Positions 1-8,393 of a DNA stretch of 64,000 nucleotides are shown here, one piece after another. This stretch comes from a virus. A program made the position numbers and the translations under genes. Position 1 is the stretch's first letter, and each line of letters opens with the position of its first letter. The notes under the pieces were generated by a model, which worked only from the letters and a program-made list of their open reading frames with translations, did not search any database and was not told the DNA's origin. The stretch is from IMG/VR virus record IMGVR_UViG_3300045988_148972, one strand, 5' to 3'.

Positions 1-50
1 GTGGCTGCTGGTGGCTGCTGGTGGCTGCTGGTGGCTGCTGGTGGCTGCTG
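1..50. repeat. Tandem repeat (GTGGCTGCTG)x5, truncated by the window edge
   Basis: Five perfect head-to-tail 10-bp units read directly. The period is not a multiple of 3. Confidence 0.9.
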
Positions 51-80
51 GTGGCGTTCCTCCATGGTGAGGAACGCCAC
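51..80. other. Perfect hairpin with a 12-bp stem and 6-nt loop
   Basis: GTGGCGTTCCTC-CATGGT-GAGGAACGCCAC lies directly after the tandem repeat. No T-run follows it. Confidence 0.8.
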
Positions 81-146
81 CAGAAAGCGCGGTAAATGTA
101 AATAAACCTTTCGTTTTAGATTGAATGGTAAATAACGGTTAAATAA

Positions 147-191
147 ATACAGAAAATAGTACCATATATTTGCACATACAGAAAATAGTAC
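147..191 (+). repeat. Direct repeat ATACAGAAAATAGTAC x2 with a 29-bp period
   Basis: Identical 16-mers at 147-162 and 176-191 in the non-coding leader. Confidence 0.75.
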
Positions 192-480
192 TACCTTTGT
201 AACTGTAAACGATAAGCAAACGTTTACCAAGCCTCCGGGGCTTGCCAAAGCCCGGCAAACGCTCTTTCCAGGTATAAAAAAAGCGGGTATTACAGGAATA
301 CCCGCCCGGGAAAAAGAAAGATAAACTTTCTTCTGTTTTGTAGCAAAAACAAAGATACGTTTTTCTTTCCGTTCCTGAAAATATCCAGAAAGAAAAAACG
401 TTCTTTGAAAAAATACCGTATAAACGTGATCCGCGTTCCGGCTGGTGATCCTGTTCATTATCATAGTTTGATACTTTCCC

Positions 481-501
481 GGCTGTCATAGTTTGACAGC
501 C
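481..501. other. Hairpin GGCTGTCA-TAGTT-TGACAGCC
   Basis: Perfect 8-bp inverted repeat. TCATAGTTTGA also occurs at 461-471. Confidence 0.7.
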
Positions 502-559
502 ACACACGAAAGCAACCGGAACAAAGTACACGCGGCGCGGTTAGTCTGTAACAAATAAT

Positions 560-581
560 CCGTATGAGATAGTAATATATT
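560..581 (+). repeat. Left arm of the inverted repeat flanking the first early gene
   Basis: CCGTATGAGATAG(T)AATATATT. The reverse complement is found at 1349-1369 (13 bp perfect, about 21 bp with one 1-nt indel). Confidence 0.7.
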
Positions 582-666
582 GATAACGGGAAAGGAGCCG
601 AAAGGTAGCCTAACGGGTAAACTATGTTTGCCCGGATCGTGCATAGTCGATACCCGTTACTATATT

Positions 667-691
667 ACTAACTTAAAATTATGGACTTATG
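667..691 (+). promoter_or_regulatory. Early intergenic module copy
   Basis: ACTAACTTAAAATTATGGACTTATG ends on the start codon. Confidence 0.55.
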
Positions 692-1273
692 AAAACAAAT
701 GTATCTAAAGCAAATGTAAAGAAAGAAGCTATCAACGTGTTGACAAACGAAATGTTAAGCCCGTTTGCAGTTTTGAATGCAATCAATAAAAACCGGAAAG
801 ATCCGGCAATTATGGACCTTTTAAACATGTACGGGATAACAAAAAAGCTTGAGCTTTCGGACCTTTGCGGCCTGTATGACTATTCAGAAAGAAACGTTTT
901 TTGCAAGCTTCGCAAAATTACAGATAAAAAGAAGATTGAGTTTTGCGAATACAAACAGGCAAAAATAGGGAACGCTTTTTATGAATATGTACCCATACGT
1001 TTCACTATCCGGGACTTTTTTTATTCTTTGGAATCAGCTTTAAAGCTGAAGAAAGAAACGGAAAGACTTGAGCAAATGTACGCGGATCTCTTTAATAAAG
1101 AGGATAACAAAGCGGAGAAAGCAAAAGCAAAAGCAACTATCAAAGCTGCAAACAAAGCGGAAAAACGCGCTAAACAGATAGCGGAGAAAGCAAAAGAGTT
1201 ACGGGACAAATATAAAGACGTGCCCGAAAACATTCTTTTGCAGCTTGCTGCAGAGTTTTTCAAAGCGGCGTAA
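689..1273 (+). CDS. Hypothetical early protein (194 aa) with a Lys/Ala-rich C-terminal tail
   Basis: ORF preceded by the early module. The tail reads KAEKAKAKATIKAANKAEKRAKQIAEKAKELRDKYK. No family recognised. Confidence 0.6.
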   Translation: MKTNVSKANVKKEAINVLTNEMLSPFAVLNAINKNRKDPAIMDLLNMYGITKKLELSDLCGLYDYSERNVFCKLRKITDKKKIEFCEYKQAKIGNAFYEYVPIRFTIRDFFYSLESALKLKKETERLEQMYADLFNKEDNKAEKAKAKATIKAANKAEKRAKQIAEKAKELRDKYKDVPENILLQLAAEFFKAA

Positions 1274-1931
1274 ACCGCGGCGGGTGTGTATGGAACGAAA
1301 ACACTATAAAAGTGTAAGTACCCGGATCGATACCGGGACACCCACAAAAATATATTCTATCTCATACGGCCGGCGAAAAAGATACCTACCTATGTAATAC
1401 GGCGGCACGTGTGCCACTGTTGCATATAGGGGCGCACGTGTGCGCCTATAGTTATCCAGGCCAAGAGTCTGACGGTATCCAGGGCCGCGAAAATCATAAT
1501 TCATAATTCTATGGCATAACTGTACCCGTATGGGTGCGGTGTGTCCTGCAACGTGTTGAACGGTAAGTCAGGGTGCACCGTGTCCGTATGGATTCATGTA
1601 CGGGTGTGCTATGCCCTGTTCAATCTTGGGTGTATGCCGGAGTAGTTAACCGGAAAAGATCCATACTGTTTTAGCGTATGTATGGAACGGGCTGGGAGTT
1701 ATCCGGGCCTATGGAATCAACGTACCATGCGGACACGTGTGTCTGTATGGCGGTGCGCCTGCAAAGGTCGTCTATGCGAAAGGTGTATCCGTGAATGCTA
1801 TGCAAATAGTGTATCATGGTGCATATAGGCGGGTATGCGTCAACGCAACGAAAACCAGCTTCGGGGGTGGTACGGAAAACCCCTACCTATGTAGTGCTAT
1901 GCGCTTTCGGGCGCATGGCACTTCTTGTATG
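1274..1931. other. Non-coding, relatively G+C-rich region with CAC-GT-GTG palindromes and TATGG-type repeats
   Basis: Only short, compositionally odd ORFs. Palindromes are GGCAC-GT-GTGCC (about 1405), GCGCAC-GT-GTGCGC (about 1433) and GACAC-GT-GTGTC (about 1732). GTATGG/TATGGAAC recurs. Confidence 0.5.
1349..1369 (-). repeat. Right arm of the inverted repeat flanking the first early gene
   Basis: Reverse complement of 560-581 (see that feature). Confidence 0.7.
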
Positions 1932-1954
1932 TATAACTAAAACTTTGAATTATG
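1932..1954 (+). promoter_or_regulatory. Early intergenic module copy (variant)
   Basis: TATAACTAAAACTTTGAATTATG. Confidence 0.45.
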
Positions 1955-2158
1955 GGGAAAAATAGATTCTATCTGGTAATCTGTAATAGATGGAATGGTA
2001 AAAAAGCGAATCTATGCGTAACAAACATTCTGGATCATGCAAAAGCAGTTTGTATGGACTATTCAAACCGGAATGCACGATACAAACAAATATCAGATAT
2101 GCAAGTTTTACATATTCTATCTACAGATTTTGCTTGCCAGAATGCTATCAGACTATGA
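1952..2158 (+). CDS. Hypothetical small protein (68 aa)
   Basis: ORF whose ATG is embedded in an early-module variant. No family recognised. Confidence 0.35.
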   Translation: MGKNRFYLVICNRWNGKKANLCVTNILDHAKAVCMDYSNRNARYKQISDMQVLHILSTDFACQNAIRL

Positions 2159-2219
2159 CCTATCAGGCCGTTCACCTTTACCGGTGTACAGCCTGCAAAC
2201 TTCTTAAATAGTTTGAGTT

Positions 2220-2435
2220 ATGAAAAAGCAAATTAAAGTCATTCTGTGCTGTGTGTTTTTATTCGTGGCTTTGTGTTTTGCCGGTCGTTCCGACTGGAGC
2301 GAACAGGTTATCTATGTAATGCCCAAAAGCGCATACGAAAGTATTAGCGCAAAGCTTGGCGAAGATTGCAGTGACTACGAAATAGCAAAAGAGTACGTAA
2401 AAAACAAATCGTACTACGACGCTATGGAGTATTAA
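2220..2435 (+). CDS. Small secreted/membrane protein (71 aa)
   Basis: N-terminal hydrophobic signal-like segment KVILCCVFLFVALCFAG. Confidence 0.5.
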   Translation: MKKQIKVILCCVFLFVALCFAGRSDWSEQVIYVMPKSAYESISAKLGEDCSDYEIAKEYVKNKSYYDAMEY

Positions 2436-2473
2436 TTCCATGCTGGAGGTACTTTACGGTACTTCCAGACACG

Positions 2474-2502
2474 ATTACTAACTTAAAACTATAGGAATTA
2501 TG
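2474..2502 (+). promoter_or_regulatory. Early intergenic module copy
   Basis: ATTACTAACTTAAAACTATAGGAATTATG. Confidence 0.6.
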
Positions 2503-2865
2503 AACGCAAGTATTAAACTTATTGCAGCTATTGCAGCTATGAATGCTGCCGGATTTACTATTAATGCAGAAACTTTGCAGCCGGTTACATCTGGCTATGC
2601 CGTTGCCATACGTGATACGCAAAACTCGTTTGGGAATGCTGGTATAGCAAACGTATTAAAAGCCGTAAAAGCAGGTAAAGCAAATGCTATCGGCGGATGG
2701 TATGATGATCAGTCTGGATTGTATTACTATGACGCCACACTGGTAGTAAATGACCTTGAAAAAGCCATTCAGTTAGGAATAGAAAATGAACAGCTGGCTA
2801 TCTTTGACCTAAACACTATGACAGAAATTCGTATAAAAGATTCTATCAACACTGCAGCTGCTTAA
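2500..2865 (+). CDS. Hypothetical early protein (121 aa)
   Basis: ORF with the early module upstream. No family recognised. Confidence 0.65.
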   Translation: MNASIKLIAAIAAMNAAGFTINAETLQPVTSGYAVAIRDTQNSFGNAGIANVLKAVKAGKANAIGGWYDDQSGLYYYDATLVVNDLEKAIQLGIENEQLAIFDLNTMTEIRIKDSINTAAA

Positions 2866-2902
2866 ACTTTGGCCGGGATTCTTTACTACCTCCCGGCCAG
2901 CC

Positions 2903-2932
2903 ATCACTAACTTAAAAACTATAGGAATTATG
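2903..2932 (+). promoter_or_regulatory. Early intergenic module copy
   Basis: ATCACTAACTTAAAAACTATAGGAATTATG, preceded by the hairpin GGCCGGGA..TCCCGGCC at 2871-2898. Confidence 0.6.
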
Positions 2933-3493
2933 AGTGCACCTAATTTTTACAATGCAAATGCTAGCAATATCTTTATGGTATCATGCGAAGATGATTTTTC
3001 TTATCAGGATACAAAAGATAATGTATCGTATGAACTAGAAGAACTTGGATGGGATTCTGTGAGAAAATATGACGGAGAAAGGAGCTATCCTGGATGCGTG
3101 TTTTCAGAGAAAACTAAAAAAGCGAGTATCGGTAAATTTTGGGTTGATGTTACTGTAAGAGCTATCATCAGGTCCGGTTATTTTTCAGATGCAAATCTGG
3201 ATTGGGATATAGAGATAGACGGCACAGAATACGACCTTGAATGCTATGATGAATCCGAAGCTCTTGAACAGCTTGAGTCAAGCTATGAATATAGTGAAAA
3301 TCCCGGATTCTGTAAGATGCAAGCTAAGAACCTTGTAAAAAATGTAGAAAAAGCCGTATCTGAACTAACTGAAGAACTTGAATCTGTATATGAAAAATAC
3401 TCTGAAAGACTTCTATGTTTGGGTATATTCTCTAATGGTGAAGCTATTTATGGAAAGGCTAACAACCCTATAAACCAGATTAAAGCTTCCTGA
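2930..3493 (+). CDS. Hypothetical acidic early protein (187 aa)
   Basis: ORF with the early module. Strongly acidic. No family recognised. Confidence 0.65.
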   Translation: MSAPNFYNANASNIFMVSCEDDFSYQDTKDNVSYELEELGWDSVRKYDGERSYPGCVFSEKTKKASIGKFWVDVTVRAIIRSGYFSDANLDWDIEIDGTEYDLECYDESEALEQLESSYEYSENPGFCKMQAKNLVKNVEKAVSELTEELESVYEKYSERLLCLGIFSNGEAIYGKANNPINQIKAS

Positions 3494-3530
3494 TTTACGG
3501 CCGTTCCGGTTTATTCCGAAGCGGCCGGCA

Positions 3531-3557
3531 TTGTCTAACTTAAACTATGGAATTATG
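3531..3557 (+). promoter_or_regulatory. Early intergenic module copy
   Basis: TTGTCTAACTTAAACTATGGAATTATG. Confidence 0.6.
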
Positions 3558-3929
3558 AGAACAATAAACCTTATCACAGAAGACAGTACAGAATTTTACG
3601 AAATATGTAAGGATAACGGCTGGACCGACTGTGAGTATGAAGACTTCGATGTATTGGCTTTCTTTGAAGGAGATCCGGATATGATACATATAAATGGTCA
3701 GGTAGGCTATTTCTGGTATCATATTAAAACCGATACCATATTCTATTATTTCGATGAATGGGGCTCCAGAGTAGGAAGCATATTAAGGGACTTTTATAAA
3801 AAGCGCCTGCATAAAGAAAGATGGGAATTTGATGAACCATGGGAATATTTTGATACGCACAATTGTATAGCGTATCGAGGTGGAAGCGGTTATCTATATA
3901 GCATGTTCCCTTTGCGTATAGCATCGTAA
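3555..3929 (+). CDS. Hypothetical early protein (124 aa)
   Basis: Start moved to the ATG of GGAATTATG, in frame within track ORF 3531-3929. Confidence 0.6.
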   Translation: MRTINLITEDSTEFYEICKDNGWTDCEYEDFDVLAFFEGDPDMIHINGQVGYFWYHIKTDTIFYYFDEWGSRVGSILRDFYKKRLHKERWEFDEPWEYFDTHNCIAYRGGSGYLYSMFPLRIAS

Positions 3930-3966
3930 CAAAAAGCCTGTGCGGATTGAATCTGCATAGGCTTTC

Positions 3967-3995
3967 TTATTACTACTTAAAACTCTGGAATTATG
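3967..3995 (+). promoter_or_regulatory. Early intergenic module copy
   Basis: TTATTACTACTTAAAACTCTGGAATTATG. Confidence 0.55.
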
Positions 3996-4406
3996 GATAA
4001 AAACAGGAATTGGTTTGGCGTAGATGCCAACAATGAATCATCGTTATTTGATTACGGTTTTCTTATGCGTTACCATGGCAATGATGAATATCAGGTGATA
4101 TATCTTGCAGGCTATGAAGGAGACAAACCTTTATACGCATACGGATGGTTCAATCCGAAAGAATGGGAAAAATATTTTATTGACACCATGGGAGAAAATG
4201 AATATCCGGATGCAGCCAGAATAGCTTCTACATGCTGTATGGAAAATGGGAAAGAATGGCTGGATGACGTAAAAAACTTTCCTCAATATATGTTGAGTGA
4301 CATACTTTCCTATTATGGATATGATGGCGTATTCGGAGGAAATTATTATGGGGATTTTTATACGGTGCCACAAATCCGGAAACGTCTGAATCGTGCGCTT
4401 TCCTGA
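3993..4406 (+). CDS. Hypothetical early protein (137 aa)
   Basis: ORF with the early module. Aromatic-rich. No family recognised. Confidence 0.65.
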   Translation: MDKNRNWFGVDANNESSLFDYGFLMRYHGNDEYQVIYLAGYEGDKPLYAYGWFNPKEWEKYFIDTMGENEYPDAARIASTCCMENGKEWLDDVKNFPQYMLSDILSYYGYDGVFGGNYYGDFYTVPQIRKRLNRALS

Positions 4407-4446
4407 CTATTACCCGGTTCCGCCTTGCAGCGGTTCCGGATGCTAT

Positions 4447-4472
4447 CGTATAACTAAATTATCGGAATTATG
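4447..4472 (+). promoter_or_regulatory. Early intergenic module copy
   Basis: CGTATAACTAAATTATCGGAATTATG. Confidence 0.55.
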
Positions 4473-4718
4473 ACACAAGAAACTTTTAATCTGCTGGATC
4501 ACTTTTCATGCGAAGGGTTTGATAATTGTTGTTCAGGGTTCGCTCAGGATGTAAATACAAAAGAGTATTTCGGAACGGAAGAAGATGTAAATATCGAAGG
4601 AATGTATCTGTATGTATATCAAAAAAAGGATGACTTTTTCTCCCACATAAAAAAGGAACCGGAATACACCTTTGATATGGAAGGCAAAGAGAATCTTTTT
4701 CTATTCAAGCTTGAGTGA
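4470..4718 (+). CDS. Hypothetical early protein (82 aa)
   Basis: ORF with the early module. Confidence 0.6.
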   Translation: MTQETFNLLDHFSCEGFDNCCSGFAQDVNTKEYFGTEEDVNIEGMYLYVYQKKDDFFSHIKKEPEYTFDMEGKENLFLFKLE

Positions 4719-4760
4719 TTCATACAGGCAGCTGCTGATTATCCGGTAGCCGCCTGCTTT

Positions 4761-4789
4761 ATGTCTAACTTAAAAACAAAAGGATTATG
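4761..4789 (+). promoter_or_regulatory. Early intergenic module copy
   Basis: ATGTCTAACTTAAAAACAAAAGGATTATG. Confidence 0.6.
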
Positions 4790-4942
4790 GGAAAATATCA
4801 TTACGAATACTATCTGGTATGTGTAGACTTATGTAACGGAGGAGCAAAACGCGGACCGTACCGTTCTTTTCATAACGCGAAATTTGACAGTCATTTTTTG
4901 AGTGGAATATGGCATTTGAGGAAATTCAGAGTCTACGAATGA
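4787..4942 (+). CDS. Hypothetical small early protein (51 aa), below the ORF-track cutoff
   Basis: Translated by hand as MGKYHYEYYLVCVDLCNGGAKRGPYRSFHNAKFDSHFLSGIWHLRKFRVYE. It is bracketed by two early modules. Confidence 0.5.
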   Translation: MGKYHYEYYLVCVDLCNGGAKRGPYRSFHNAKFDSHFLSGIWHLRKFRVYE

Positions 4943-4983
4943 TAATCAGCCGGTAGCAGCCTGAACTGCTTCTGGCTTCTTTT

Positions 4984-5012
4984 ATGTCTAACTTAAAAAC
5001 AAAGGAATTATG
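4984..5012 (+). promoter_or_regulatory. Early intergenic module copy
   Basis: ATGTCTAACTTAAAAACAAAGGAATTATG. Confidence 0.6.
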
Positions 5013-5552
5013 GAAAAATCAAAATTGTTGAAAGCACGTGTTTATGTAGGAACATACAAGGAATATAACAACGGTTCATTGTTCGGACAATGGATGAATC
5101 TGGCAGACTATCAATCTAAGGAAGAATTTTTGGATGCCTGCAAAGATTTACATAGTGACGAAGACGAACCGGAGTTTATGTATCAGGACTACTCAAACAT
5201 ACCAGACGGTATGATAAACGAAAGCTATATCGACCCGCGAATATTTGGTATCATTCAGTGTGCAAAAGATATGGATGACACAGAGACAGAAGCATTCTTT
5301 ACGTTTCTTGATATGTACTTTGTGGATTATTCTTATATCAAAGACGGTGAAGAGCTCGTAGAAAAGTTCAGAGATAAATACGCAGGGCAATTTGATTCTG
5401 AAGAAGCGTTTGCCACCTATATGGCGGAAATGAAATGGCCAGAAGAACTTCAAACTGAGTTTGGTCAGTATTTCGACTACGAAGCATATTCCAGGACATT
5501 GCTTACCAGCGGATACCGCCATCAGGGTGATTTCTACTTCTGTGTAGCTTAA
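5010..5552 (+). CDS. ardA: ArdA-type antirestriction protein (180 aa)
   Basis: RVYVGTYKEYNNGSLFGQWMNL at the N-terminus and YFDYEAYSRTLLTSGYRHQGDFYF at the C-terminus parallel Tn916 ArdA (VYIANLGKYNEGELVGAWF ... YIDYQAYGRDL...HGIFE). Highly acidic. Confidence 0.8.
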   Translation: MEKSKLLKARVYVGTYKEYNNGSLFGQWMNLADYQSKEEFLDACKDLHSDEDEPEFMYQDYSNIPDGMINESYIDPRIFGIIQCAKDMDDTETEAFFTFLDMYFVDYSYIKDGEELVEKFRDKYAGQFDSEEAFATYMAEMKWPEELQTEFGQYFDYEAYSRTLLTSGYRHQGDFYFCVA

Positions 5553-5588
5553 ACATTCCGGCAGGTTTTTGAGAATCTGCCGGGGTCT

Positions 5589-5618
5589 ATTGTCTAACTT
5601 AAAATTTATAGAATTATG
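5589..5618 (+). promoter_or_regulatory. Early intergenic module copy
   Basis: ATTGTCTAACTTAAAATTTATAGAATTATG. Confidence 0.6.
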
Positions 5619-6428
5619 ATGACATTAGAAGATTTTAAAAAGTCAAACATGTGTTGGAATGGTAACGGATATTACACTACCGAAAAAGAATGGAACAGTA
5701 ACTATCAGATAGCAAATGATGTGGAAAAAGAGTTTTTTACACACTATGATAAATCACTTATGCAGCCGCAGAAAGGAGATATGATAGAGTTTGTAAATTA
5801 CAATAGCTTTTACAATCATGCGCTGGTTGAGAGTGTAGATAAATTCGGATTGATGTATGTATGTGAAAGCGGAAGCTCATGGACAAACGGTAAATCATTC
5901 TCAACTTCAGGTGGCGCATTTACTCATATTCATTCTTCAAACTTTGAGTTTGTTGGATATGAAGACCGCGTATTCTGGACCTGGGGTTGTTATGGAGCAG
6001 GTGCCCAACAAGGTATTTACTTCACTATAAAAGTGAAAAAGTTCCGCCAGAAAGAAATGAATCTTGTGCCTATGCACGAAATATATTTCAACAGTCCGTA
6101 CTACATGAGAGAAAGACATTCAAAGGTAGTAATTATGCAGGATTTCATGTACATATTTAAAGAGTTCTATACTATCAAGGCATTTAAAGAATGGGCTGGA
6201 TATGTAGGACTTACTTACAGAAAAGATGATTCAGGTCAGTATTATGCAAATCAGTTTCTAAAAAGCGCATATTTCTGGAAGCTTGAAGAACTTCCTGAAG
6301 GATGCAAGCCTGTAGAAGACATGTGCAACGGTAGCAAAGTAAGATGCTTTGCTCATAACGATGGCAAAACGCTTACTATCTATCGCCCGAATCCAAATGC
6401 AAAAGACGTTTACATTCCCATGAGTTAA
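5616..6428 (+). CDS. Hypothetical early protein (270 aa)
   Basis: ORF with the early module. No family recognised. Confidence 0.7.
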   Translation: MMTLEDFKKSNMCWNGNGYYTTEKEWNSNYQIANDVEKEFFTHYDKSLMQPQKGDMIEFVNYNSFYNHALVESVDKFGLMYVCESGSSWTNGKSFSTSGGAFTHIHSSNFEFVGYEDRVFWTWGCYGAGAQQGIYFTIKVKKFRQKEMNLVPMHEIYFNSPYYMRERHSKVVIMQDFMYIFKEFYTIKAFKEWAGYVGLTYRKDDSGQYYANQFLKSAYFWKLEELPEGCKPVEDMCNGSKVRCFAHNDGKTLTIYRPNPNAKDVYIPMS

Positions 6429-6465
6429 CCAAATGCTGGACGGAGAGTGAAACTCCTCCGGCTGC

Positions 6466-6495
6466 AATGTCTAACTATAAAACGATTGAATTATG
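6466..6495 (+). promoter_or_regulatory. Early intergenic module copy
   Basis: AATGTCTAACTATAAAACGATTGAATTATG, preceded by a hairpin with apex GGAG-AGTGAAA-CTCC. Confidence 0.6.
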
Positions 6496-6843
6496 GAAAC
6501 TACAATGTACAAAGATAAACTGAGAAAATATCACCTGCAGCAGTATTGTCAGGAACTTCGTCTTGAACAACTCAAAATCTGGGACAGGTACGACGAAGAC
6601 CTTAAAAACAAAAAAGAGGATATAGCTTTCTTCTGGTACCCCGGATGCGTACTATGTTGCGACAGATCAGTAGAAGATTTTCGTTCAAGGGACTATTTTG
6701 AAGTTGCTCGTATATTTCACTCCGGTGAGATAGAATACAATTTGGACTATCAGGAAGTTTCGGAAGAAACCAAGAAGAAAATTGAAGAAGCAGCTGAGAG
6801 AATAAAACAAAAGAACAAAGGCAGATGCAGTTCTGATTATTAA
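6493..6843 (+). CDS. Hypothetical early protein (116 aa)
   Basis: ORF with the early module. Confidence 0.65.
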   Translation: METTMYKDKLRKYHLQQYCQELRLEQLKIWDRYDEDLKNKKEDIAFFWYPGCVLCCDRSVEDFRSRDYFEVARIFHSGEIEYNLDYQEVSEETKKKIEEAAERIKQKNKGRCSSDY

Positions 6844-6877
6844 CAGCGTATGGGAGTCTGAAACTCCCTACGGCTGG

Positions 6878-6908
6878 CATTGTCTAACTATAAAACGAAT
6901 GAATTATG
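6878..6908 (+). promoter_or_regulatory. Early intergenic module copy
   Basis: CATTGTCTAACTATAAAACGAATGAATTATG. Confidence 0.6.
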
Positions 6909-7100
6909 AAAGTAAATGAATTGATTAAAATCTTGCAGAAAGCAAAGCCTGATGCGGAAATTACAGCTACTGTAAACCTTAGTAATAATCCTACGGATAA
7001 TGAAGAGGAGGACATCGAGTGGTTATCAGTTGATGTATTCCATGAAGACTGTATAGATGAATACGATTTTGTTGAACTCTTTATCTCTAAAACAAAGTAA
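6906..7100 (+). CDS. Hypothetical early protein (64 aa)
   Basis: ORF with the early module. Acidic. Confidence 0.55.
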   Translation: MKVNELIKILQKAKPDAEITATVNLSNNPTDNEEEDIEWLSVDVFHEDCIDEYDFVELFISKTK

Positions 7101-7103
7101 GCC

Positions 7104-7295
7104 ATGCACGTATCAGAATTAAACAAAGACCAGTTGACAGAACTCAAACAGAGTTATCTCATGCAACACAATGAAGAAGTGGGAGAGGGTACTTCTTATG
7201 ACGAACTTGCCAGAGCTGACATTATTATCTCTGATGAAATGATATACGAAGCTTATTCAGGTATCAATTTCACAGAAGATGATTTTTCCTGCTAA
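7104..7295 (+). CDS. Hypothetical early protein (63 aa)
   Basis: ORF 3 nt after the previous stop. It has no module of its own, so it is probably co-transcribed. Confidence 0.5.
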   Translation: MHVSELNKDQLTELKQSYLMQHNEEVGEGTSYDELARADIIISDEMIYEAYSGINFTEDDFSC

Positions 7296-7331
7296 GAAAA
7301 GCCGGACGGGGATTGATACTTCTCCGGCTAC

Positions 7332-7362
7332 GATGTCTAACTATTAAAACAAATGAATTATG
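7332..7362 (+). promoter_or_regulatory. Early intergenic module copy
   Basis: GATGTCTAACTATTAAAACAAATGAATTATG. Confidence 0.6.
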
Positions 7363-7992
7363 AGATTAGAAAAAGGTACAGTAGAAGATTTAGCAGCAAG
7401 TGGTTACGAATTGCGTCCTACATTTTATGATTATGAAACCTATCATGAAAAGGGATTTGAATACTCTTATAACTACTATAGTATAGAGTCGTGGAGAAGT
7501 TGGCATCCAGACCTATCAGACGAAGAGATAGAGACGAAGAGAAGGGAAGATGCTAAAAGATTTGCCGATAACAGCTATTCCAAAGGCCGGTGGTTTGGTG
7601 ACTCCACAGAATTATATGTATTCAAAGGATATGATATAGTATGCGTAATTAAGAATCTTCCTAAATATGCGGAAACCAAAAAAGAATATATACGCAAACG
7701 TATAGAAAAAGCGGAGAAAGCATATAATAGTTATTACGGTGGGTTCTGCAAAAAGATTCAAGAACTTTTGAGAAAAGAACAGGTTGAGCATGGATTCTGG
7801 ATTTATCCAACTACATACGGTATTGGAGTATGGGTATTCTTTAATTTTCGTGCATCGGAATGTATTGATATAGTAACAAACTTATTGAAAAAGCACAATA
7901 TAGAATACTATAATGAATACTCTGATGCCTACTATGTTTATCGTTTTAAGATTAGCAAGAAGGAAGCAAACAGACTGAAGTTAGCTGCTTAA
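7360..7992 (+). CDS. Hypothetical early protein (210 aa)
   Basis: ORF with the early module. Confidence 0.7.
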   Translation: MRLEKGTVEDLAASGYELRPTFYDYETYHEKGFEYSYNYYSIESWRSWHPDLSDEEIETKRREDAKRFADNSYSKGRWFGDSTELYVFKGYDIVCVIKNLPKYAETKKEYIRKRIEKAEKAYNSYYGGFCKKIQELLRKEQVEHGFWIYPTTYGIGVWVFFNFRASECIDIVTNLLKKHNIEYYNEYSDAYYVYRFKISKKEANRLKLAA

Positions 7993-8030
7993 CACAAAGC
8001 CGGACGGAGAGTGAAACTCCTCCGGCTACG

Positions 8031-8059
8031 ATGTCTAACTATAAAAACAAGGAATTATG
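8031..8059 (+). promoter_or_regulatory. Early intergenic module copy
   Basis: ATGTCTAACTATAAAAACAAGGAATTATG, preceded by the hairpin at 7998-8027 (AGCCGGA-C-GGAG-AGTGAAA-CTCC-TCCGGCT). Confidence 0.6.
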
Positions 8060-8317
8060 GAAAATCAAAAGTCAGGATTATTGGTAGTTGTCTTTGATAA
8101 TGATGGGAAAGGTGGCATTTCAGAATGGTTTGAATACTCACGAGAAAAACCTGACGAAGTTCTAAATCTGCTTAAGTATATGCGTAAAAAATATAACGCA
8201 TATTGGTGGGGAGAATATAAGATGTTTCGTCAAGACAGAAACATAACACTTACACAATCGACAAAAGAAAAACCAGATTATGAAGGTAAGTTCAGAAAAA
8301 TAAGACCTCGTAAATGA
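8057..8317 (+). CDS. Hypothetical early protein (86 aa)
   Basis: ORF with the early module. Confidence 0.6.
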   Translation: MENQKSGLLVVVFDNDGKGGISEWFEYSREKPDEVLNLLKYMRKKYNAYWWGEYKMFRQDRNITLTQSTKEKPDYEGKFRKIRPRK

Positions 8318-8362
8318 AATTAGCTGCTATCCGGTCTAAGCATACAATCTTAGCCCGGTACT

Positions 8363-8393
8363 ATCGTCTAACTTTTAAAACAATGGAATTATG
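8363..8393 (+). promoter_or_regulatory. Early intergenic module copy
   Basis: ATCGTCTAACTTTTAAAACAATGGAATTATG. Confidence 0.6.

Noticed and set aside
139-531. 130-aa minus-strand ORF in the leftmost region
   Set aside because: It lies across direct repeats and hairpins of a non-coding leader. Its composition is odd (Cys/Phe/Tyr-rich), it has no regulatory motif, and no neighbouring minus-strand genes.
1737-2211. ORFs 1737-1940 and 2014-2211
   Set aside because: They have no module or promoter motif and a non-protein-like composition. They overlap the palindrome-rich non-coding block or the better-supported ORF 1952-2158.
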